Positions 55,071 through 64,000 of a DNA stretch of 64,000 nucleotides are shown piece after piece. Position 1 is the first letter of the stretch, and each line of letters opens with the position of its first letter. The stretch lies in assembly GCA_051294375.1 (NCBI GenBank), contig CM119268.1, positions 5,254,496 to 5,318,495 of the forward strand. The letters run 5' to 3'. The notes under the pieces are model-generated. The model was not told the origin of the DNA, made no database searches, and saw nothing but the letters and a program-made list of their open reading frames with translations. The translations under genes and the position numbers were made by a program. The DNA is from Paraspadella gotoi (lineage: Eukaryota > Animalia > Chaetognatha).

Positions 55071-55338
55071 CCGACCAAGTAGTAATACTTAAATCTTCAG
55101 TACCTTTTAAGTACTGTAGTTACACTTCTATGGTTCGTATTGTATCTGGAGTCTGGACATTTCTTCATCGGTTGAGGTTTGGTCTAACAATCTACGCAAA
55201 CGAATATCTACAAAAACAACAACAACAACGACAGCAGCAACGACTTCTCTCTTCTCACGCATAAAAAATCGTCAGAGTTTCCGCCGCAACGGCTTCCGCT
55301 GCGCCGCCCCTGCCGCCGCCGCTGACGAGCTCTTCCAT
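50229..55338 (-). CDS. ccdc113: CCDC113/CFAP263-like ciliary coiled-coil gene, multi-exon, with apparent frameshifts
   Basis: Candidate exons (-): 54953-54781 (NRLLRLETDFLESHW), 54420-54348, 54099-53991, 53539-~53279 (LHFRDKLEIATQE), 52069-51941 (AVIEERRIRLKRIAFYRRKFDKEIL), 51552-~51442 (ESVAKYYDDVIRLKEHM), 51192-51116, 50906-50689 (LKI...), 50384-~50293/50229 (KKELEDYERPDSLQYVR). They follow the order of remembered CCDC113 motifs (NSALKTETEMFE, DQKLELVQKE, AIIEEAEIR..FEKDIL, KVMKYIED, QLKIEN, LAEFRAPQVMTYVR). The first exon (ATG 55338) and the 3' end are uncertain. Confidence 0.65.
54981..55070. repeat. (GATA)n microsatellite
   Basis: Direct reading; lies just upstream of the 54953 acceptor on the - strand. 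Confidence 0.95.
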
Positions 55339-55400
55339 GACTCGCGATCGAAGGAGAGAAGAGTCCACGAGAGTCGACTCCGTTTTACTTTTTTGGAGAG

Positions 55401-55478
<78 letters not shown>

Positions 55479-56772
55479 AGAGATGGGTAGGGTTGGAGCG
55501 GAGCGGAGGGGGGTAAGGTTTGTGGGGGTTTAGAGGGGGTAGGTCAAGGAAAGGTAGGGGTGGTGGGGATACGAGGCGACATCAGTTATGATACGGTCAG
55601 TTCAAATTTATATTAATAAAATGATGCGGGGAATGAATGAATTATTTCATTTGTATATTGACGAGTACATACTTTATAACGTGTTTACTTACTGCTCGCC
55701 AAGCATTTACTAAAATGGCTTATGTGATTTATATAGCGAATTCTTTCTGGACACACTTAAGATGTAGAGATATAGAGTTGCTTCTCGAGTACTCCACACG
55801 AAACTAAAGTTATTCAATATATTTGAAACAATGAATAACTGACTGAATGAATGAATGAAATGAATGTGACTCAATGAATGAATCCAGATTCAAGATTTCG
55901 AACCTTATCTCTCTTTTTTCATCGTCGGACGAAATGGATCGATTTGACGAATTCAACTTTGGCGAAGATTTTTTCATCCTTTCCTAAATCTAAATCAAAC
56001 GGAGTCAAACCTAACGTAGATAGATCTAAAACTTATGTAGTTGAATATAAATCTGACGTAGTAAAATTTAAATAGTATGTAGTCAAATCTAAATCTGATA
56101 TAATTGAGAATAAATCTTATGTCATCGAATATAAATCTTATGTTTTAGTCAAATATGCCTAATTCTATTGTAATATTTATTTAAATATTTTTTTGTTCCT
56201 GAATTTTCGGTCAATAAACTTATAGAATCTGAAACCAATGAAGCTTAAAACGAAATTAACCGTAGCAAAAATTCAAAACTCTTCATTTCGAAACAAAACA
56301 AAACAAAACAAAGAACCAAACTATAAAGAAACAAACCTCGGGTTTTGTCCTAAAAAAATAGGTTGAATTAAATTTATCGATGAGTAAAAAAAAAAATTAA
56401 AGTTCGATTTTTTTTCTTCTGATTATTTATCTCAACGATTAAGTTTTTCGGGGCGAAACTAAATCGATAATCGATGTATTAATTAATTAAGTTTAATTCC
56501 AAATTATAAATTCATCATGAACGAATGAACGAACAATGAACGTCCGATGAATGATGGAAAACTGATGAACGACGGATGAACGACGAAACCTAATTAAGAA
56601 GATGATACAACAACAACAACGACGAAAACAACGATTAATCGTGGCGCGTCTTCTGGGTTAATCCTCTCTCCTCTCTCTTCTCTCTCTCGTTTCTCTCTCT
56701 CTCTCTCTCTCTCTCTCTTCTTCTCTCTTCTCCTCTCTCTCTCTCTCTATCTCTCTCTCTTCTTCCTCTTCA

Positions 56773-56804
<32 letters not shown>

Positions 56805-57059
56805 TCTCTCTCTCTTATCTCTCTCTCGCCAGCTTCAGCGGTCTGTCAAGAGAGTGGAAGAGGAGGGAGGAAGGGAGAGGGAGGAAGGGAGAGGGAGGAA
56901 GGGAGAGGGAGGAAGGAGGAACGGAGAGAAAGAAAAATCCTGCGGCATAGTTATAGGCATAGGTATTAGGCATAGCTGAATCACAGTGGAGTGGAGATTG
57001 GAGATGTTAAACCAAGGTAAAGAAAGGGGGGGCGGGAAAGGAAAAATGCCACCTCGGTG

Positions 57060-57452
57060 CCAAAAGAAAATGAAAGGAAAAGAGCGAAAAGGAGGTTAAG
57101 GAAAAAGAAAGGAAAAGGGAGGAAAGTTGGTGTAAAGGAAAGGAAAAGGAAAAGAGAAAAGGAAAGGGGAAAAATAAAAAGAGGAAAGAGAAAGAAAACG
57201 GTGGAGGAAAGGAAAGGGAGAAATGTAAAAGGAGGAAAGAGAAACAAAGAGGTGAAGAAAAGGAAAGGGAGAAAAGGAAAAGGAGGAAGGAGAAACAAAG
57301 AGGCGGAGGGAAAAAAGGAGGAAAGAAAAACAAAGAGACAGAGGAAAGGAAAGGGAGGAAAGGAAATGGAGGAAAGAAAAACAAAGAGACGGAGGAAAGG
57401 AAAGGGAGGAAAGGAAATGGAGGAAAGAAAAACAAAGAGGCGGAGGAAGGAA
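57060..57452. repeat. Purine-rich low-complexity tract ending in a ~51 bp tandem repeat
   Basis: ggaggaaagaaaaacaaagagacggaggaaaggaaagggaggaaaggaaat repeated 2-3 times; explains ORFs 56981-57581. Confidence 0.8.
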
Positions 57453-57603
57453 TTAATTCCTCGTCGGATGTTTTTCTTTCCCGCGCCACGCGTCAAAACT
57501 GTTGTTGTTATCCTCGTCGTCGTCGTCGTCGTCGTCGTCGTCAAAACAGAAGGAAACTCGAATCAAAAATCGATTCGTTGAAGCGACGGAAAATCGGTTG
57601 GAA

Positions 57604-57640
<37 letters not shown>

Positions 57641-57791
57641 ATGTTTGGGCTGAAAACGGAGTTCATTCGATTTTTAACGGTTCACACAGCTTAAGGTGAC
57701 AGAATGGTAGGCAATGTTTATGAAGTCCTTTGTTTATTTTTTTAAATTGAATTTAAATTAATTTAACTCTGTTATGCCGAAGTAGTAGAAA

Positions 57792-57860
<69 letters not shown>

Positions 57861-58410
57861 AGAAGAGAGAGAGAGGGAGAGAGAGAGAGAAGAGAGAGAG
57901 CCGAGGATTCAACAGAAGACGCGAATGTTACCATGCAATAGATGTAAATGACTTTAATTATCACTTTTCCGTCAATGTGACTGTCCATTGTGATCAGCTG
58001 ACCTGACTCACCAATTTTTCTTACCCACTATCACTTTCCATTTGTCCACCATTTTGTTATCAAAAAATCGAAAAGAGTCTTGAAATCTATTCGTTGCTAA
58101 ATGATAAAGCAAACCGGTCGTTGTATTGCGAACGATTGCTGCCTTTGCTTCCATTGCAGATGGTCGTTGTAGACTTGTAGTTGTGATACATTTTGGAAGA
58201 TCTTGATGACGTCAATGAGGTCACGTCATCCCAATATTTGTTTTCAGTTTTTATTCTCGATTTGACGCCATTATCTTTTCGGACATTTAATTATTAATCT
58301 CAACCTTTCGTTAACACTCTCTCTCTCNNNNNNNNNNNNNNNNNNNNNNNNNCTCTTGCTCTCCTCTCTATCTCTTCCGGTGTGCCTCGTCTCTCTCTCT
58401 CTCTCATCCT

Positions 58411-58450
<40 letters not shown>

Positions 58451-58605
58451 CTAAAACACCCCCCAATTCTTTCACCTCCCACTTCTCTTCTTCTTCCCGT
58501 TTCACTCTCAGCTTGCCTGCCCTCTGTTTGGACAATCTCACCCCGACGTCCCCCCTCCGCCAACCAACCTCCCCCCTTCTCTCTCTCTCTTCCTCTCTCT
58601 CCTCT

Positions 58606-58653
<48 letters not shown>

Positions 58654-59529
58654 TCTCACTCCCCAAAAACTTGCTCCTTTCTCCGAGGAAACTTAAAGCG
58701 ATTAACTTATGAACAAATTGTCGTTCGTCGTCGCGTCGGTGTCGTTGTCGGTTCGTTCAGATGTTCGTTTGTTTGTTCCGTGAATTTTCTGCGCCGCTAC
58801 GTCGCCCGGGTTGCCTGTTTCCTCCCCAATAGACCTAATAATCCCTTTTAACAATGATAATAAAAGCAGTAAATACGATTAGATGAGGAAGAAAGAATAA
58901 CAAGTTAATATTTAAAAGTTCAAATTTTTTAGATTGGCGTCCGTGGGAATAGAAGGATGTGATGAGGGATGGAAAGAGAATGAGAGAGGAGGAGAGAGAC
59001 TGAGAGAGAAGGAGGGAGAGACGACCTGAGGAGGAGAGAGATGAGACGAGTTCGGAGATGAGAGAGAGAGAGAGTTAAACAGGGAAGACATTTATGTATC
59101 ATTGAAAAAGATGAAAAAAAACAATAATAATGAAGCGAAAAGAGAGAGAGAGAGAAGAGAGAGACGAGGAGAGATGAGAGAGAGAGAGAGAGAGAGAAGA
59201 GATAGAGAGAGGAGATAGAGAGAGACGGAGAGAGAGAGAGAGGAGAGGAGTCGCGAGCCGAAGGTGACGATCGACGCCAAACCAGGAATGATCCGACGAT
59301 TATCCCTTCTTAAATCGTTCCCTTCCTCTCTGCTCTCTCTCCTCTCCTCTCTCCCTCTCCTCTCTTTTCTCTCTCTCTCTCTCTTCGTCTCTCTCCTCTC
59401 TCTTATTTTTCTCCATAATTCATTTAGAGGGATTTTTATTAATTTGAAAAATTCGCGATTTAACAACCTCGTTAATTGTGTGACAATTTTTTAAGTTTAA
59501 AGGAAGATCGAGTCATCGATTATTGTTTA

Positions 59530-60172
59530 GATAAGGCGTAGCTAAATTTTCTAAATTTAACTTTAATTAAAATTCTAAAAGTGTAGGGAATCGAACAACA
59601 TTATACTTAGAATGAACATGTTTATGTAATAAAAAAATTATAATAAATTTTACAATTCACGCAGTAGGCCATATTATATAGTACTTAACTCAATAATGTT
59701 AAAATTTCCAAAATAGTTTTTTTAAGATTTTTTTTTTAGAGATTTGGATTCGTCATAAAAAGTTGATAAAAGAAAACTATAACTCTTTTTTATAAATATC
59801 CTTCATTAAGTGGTGTCCAATAAATTAGAAAAGCTATATTTTTAAGCTGAAAATAACTTTATATATTAATATAGTTTTTTTTTAATTTAACCCCACTTAA
59901 TGAAATTGAATTTTAAAAAGATATTCTATATCTTTTCTTTTATTAACTTTTGACCGAGGAATTCAAACTCTGCAATCAAAAAATTAAGGAAAAGCCGTAT
60001 TTTAAAATCGATTTTATAAGGAATAACTATATACTAAATATAGCTCTACTGCGAAATATTAAAAAACAACGATAAATTAATTTTTTTACAATTAATGTTC
60101 ATCTGATGTGTATGTTCCGTTCATAATTGACCTAGATGATTATCCATTTACGTAGACTTTTCAGCTACGCCT
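59530..60172. mobile_element. AT-rich foldback/MITE-like insertion with ~10 bp target-site duplication
   Basis: Ends aggcgtagct.../...agctacgcct; nested inverted matches cgcagtag/ctactgcg and ttcattaagtgg/ccacttaatgaa; ttattgttta at 59520-59529 and 60173-60182; empty site at 63021-63030. Confidence 0.75.
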
Positions 60173-60642
60173 TTATTGTTTAATCTACACACATTCAATG
60201 ATGTAAATTAAGATTATTTAGCTCAGATAATTGGTTATTGAAGAATCCACATGAATGAACTATTTTTCATATAGATGTCGCTAGTCTCATAAGCAATCAG
60301 ACGAAATTAAAAGTATTACATATTTTATACTTTATTTTAATGTACGTAATGTGTTTTTTTTTCAGAATTATTTATCGTAATCATTGACTCGGCTATGAAG
60401 TCGACAACGGATTCAATTTCAGTTTGCCCCCGTCAATTTTTTAGAACCCATGAGTTCCATGATTGCAAAATATAACGTGAGAATAGATCTCTGGCTGTGG
60501 ATTTTAGCATTATAGTAACGGATTATGAAAAGCTTTTCCACGCTAGCCGTTAAAAAAGTCGCGCTATTTGAAAAGGAATAAAAAATAAATCCTTACTCCA
60601 AGATTTACTGAAAGCCGGCCCTGTTCTTCGTCTGGTCTGTCT

Positions 60643-60712
<70 letters not shown>

Positions 60713-60896
60713 GCTCTTCGACTTTACAGCGACATCTGCGAAATACTTTCTCGGTCAAACCGCCGAAAGAACAAAAGAAAGAAAAAGGGTGAAATCGTAA
60801 AAGGGTATTGAAATTCTCAGCTGTTCTCATCAGAGATCGGAAATTTGGGTCTCGCGGTTCAAACCGCCCACCGAAAGAGCGATTAGTCCGTTTTTA

Positions 60897-60934
<38 letters not shown>

Positions 60935-62904
60935 TCTCTCTTTCTCTCTGCTCTCTCTCTCTCTCTCTTCTTTTCACCTTTCAGTATCATATTTAAATCC
61001 CTACGCAAAATATGACATATTATTTATCATACAAATTGACTTTACCTCGTTTTCAATGAAAGAAATTAACATCAAATTTTAAAATCAATTAAAATCACGG
61101 GACTTTTTATTTTTTAAAAAAGCTTGTTCTCCTCTTTTCCCTTTATATTCTCTTTCAATATCAGATTCAAATTAACTTTCTTCCAATGTATTAATATATT
61201 AATGGATTTGTGTTTTTTGACGGGTTTCGCTCTATTATACATTTAATATATTTTAAGATTATTCCGGGAATAATCAAGAAAAACGAAAAAAAAAAAGTCC
61301 AGGTGTCCGAAAATCCTTCCACGACGACAAGTTTGCTCTGGTTGTTGTTGATCGTGTTGTTTTGTATTATAATATGTTTTAATGTTATGAAGTGAAAAAA
61401 AAAAAACATTAATAATTCATTTGCGTCTCTTCATAAATCTTCTTCACGACTTTTTTTTATAATTTACTATGCTTTTTTTTCATTGCCTTGCCTGCTTTTT
61501 TCCCCAAACCTTCGCGACGACGACCATTGTCATGCACAATATTCCATGTCATGCATCACTATTCCATGTCTACGTCGCTAAAGGATTATCTTTCGCCAAG
61601 AAAGAAAAGAATTACTTTTATGTTTTATTTTTCTTCGTTGTTATTCTTTTCGTCATGTCATTAATTCACAAATGAAGAGTCACCGCGAAGCTTTTTTTAC
61701 AATTTTTGTCGAAGAAGCACGAATAAAAAATGAATTCGTCAACGCGTTAGGAAATACAATAGCGTGCGTGCCATGTTTACATTAAGAACCTTTTAGTCGT
61801 TAAAGGTTTACCTACGAAACTACAGTGAGAAACTGTAAGAAACGAAACGACCACCGGAACTGGTTACAGTCTAAAACCTTTTGAAGCGGGAAGATAAGAT
61901 TACTCTTTCTGCTTCTCCTCCTCCTCTTCCTCCTCCTACTCTTCCTCCTCTTTCTCTTCCTCTCCCTCCGCCCAAAATTTGGAAGAAAAGGGAGAAAAGG
62001 GAATAGACAAAATAGCAAAATTTCACTTTCGACGACTATTTAAAAATATTTTGCTTTGTTTAAAAAATAATTAAAAATTATTTTACCCTACATTACCCTA
62101 CCCACGCCGCTTTAACGACCCTAACCCATCTTTTAAACCTTAACCTAAACCCCTCGGCGAAAGTAAAATTAACCCGAATTGGCGATTTATTAATTGTATT
62201 CTTTTAAGGGTTTGGTTTTCAACTGTTTAAATTGTTATTTTAATTTTTTTTTTAGTTCTTTCTGTAATTAGTAGGACTCTTTTCTAAAAATGACAAATTT
62301 TATAATTGTAATTAATAATAATAATAATAATTAATTAATAAAATGATAACCATCATTATAATGATAATTATACATAGTAATATCGACTATGTACGCCTCT
62401 TAATTAAAGTGAGCGACCGCTGCCCCCCCCCCCCGCCTCGCCCCGCCGCCTCAGCCGCAGCCCTAAAATATCCGCCGCTGTTTTTTTCCGTTTATGCATT
62501 CAGTCGTCTTCCGCTTCCCGGGCGACCATCTCTTTTTCTCCGCCGCCGCCGCGCGCGCGCCGCCGCCGCCCCGCCGCCGCGCCGCCGCCGCCGCCGACCA
62601 TCGGGCTCAATTATTCTCACAAAGCTTCGAAATCATGAACAACCCTCTCACTCCCTCTCGCTCTCGTAACCCCTTCTCCCTCCTCTCCTCCCCTCTCCCC
62701 CTCCCTCTCGTTTTGTTAAAATGATAAATTCCCTCAATAAATAAATTAGGAGTTTAATATTCACTTTTCTATTGCGGTTGCCTTTCACCGTCGTCATCGT
62801 CGTCGTCGTCGTTCGCGTTTCCGAATGAAGGAGAAATCCGCCATCTATCCTCTCCTCGCCTCCTCCTCCTCCTCCATCCTCCCCACCGCCATGGAAGGGC
62901 ATCT

Positions 62905-63475
62905 CTCTCTTGTTTTTTCTCATAATTCATTTAAGAGGATTTTTATTAATTCGAAAAATTCGCGATTAAAACCTCGTAATTGTGTTGACAATTTTTAAGT
63001 TAAAGGAGATCGAGGCATCATTATTGTTTAATCTACACACATTCAACGATTTAAATAAATATTTAGCTCAGATAATTGTTTATTGAATGAACCAATGAAT
63101 GAACTATTTTATATAGATTGTGCTAGTCTCATAAGCAATCAACGAAATTAAAAGTTATTACATATCTTTTAATACTTTATTTTTATTTATTACGTTAATG
63201 TGTTTTTTTTTTTCAATTTTATTTATCGTAATCATTGACTCGTAAAGCGACACACGGATTCAATTCAGTTTGCCCCCCGTCAATTTTTTAAACCATGAGT
63301 CCATGATGCAAAATAAACGGAGAATAATCTCTGCTGTGGATTTTTTAGATTATAGTAACTGGATTATGAAAGCTTTTCCACGCAGCCTTAAAAAAGTCCG
63401 CATGAAAAGGATAAAAAATAAATCCTTACTCCAAGATTTACTGAAAGCCGGCCCTGTTCTTCGTCTGGTCTGTCT

Positions 63476-63545
<70 letters not shown>

Positions 63546-63729
63546 GCTCTTCGACTTTACAGCGACATCTGCGAAATACTTTCTCGGTCAAACCGCCGAA
63601 AGAACAAAAGAAAGAAAAAGGGTGAAATCGTAAAAGGGTATTGAAATTCTCAGCTGTTCTCATCAGAGATCGGAAATTTGGGTCTCGCGGTTCAAACCGC
63701 CCACCGAAAGAGCGATTAGTCCGTTTTTA

Positions 63730-63767
<38 letters not shown>

Positions 63768-64000
63768 ACCTTTCAGTATCATATTTAAACCTACGCAAAT
63801 ATGACGTATTATTTATCATACAAATTGACTTTACCTCGTTTTCATATGAAAGAAAAACATCAAATTAACAATTAAAATCACGGGACTTTTTTTATTTTTT
63901 AAAAAACTTTTTCTCCTCTTTTCCTTATATTACTCTTCAAATCAGAATTCAAATTAACTTTCTTCCAATGTATTAATATATTAATGACTTGTGTTTGACG
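62905..64000 (+). other. Duplicate of ~59390-61220 lacking the MITE (alternative haplotype or tandem duplication)
   Basis: Collinear match, including near-identical spurious ORFs 60564-60830 and 63388-63663. Confidence 0.85.

Overview
Animal genomic DNA, rich in (GA)n/(GAC)n microsatellites, with many N-gaps and several indel-ridden duplicate segments that look like gap-filling long reads or a second haplotype. The main gene is an Otx/orthodenticle K50 homeobox gene on the + strand, with three coding exons (16670-16868, ~41399-41550, 44515-45735; about 523 aa from the first ATG), a WSP motif and a KFQVL Otx tail. Its frame stays open for about 180 protein-like codons upstream of the first ATG, back to a CTG in a perfect Kozak context. 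A divergent, frameshift-containing CCDC113/CFAP263-like ciliary coiled-coil gene lies convergently on the - strand (~50230-55340). The window also holds an internally deleted BEL/Pao-like LTR element, two MITE-like elements (one with both filled and empty sites present), phased CCAAT clusters and an ETS/CCAAT minisatellite directly after the Otx stop. The species cannot be identified from this sequence. All homology calls come from manual translation and remembered protein motifs, not from database searches.
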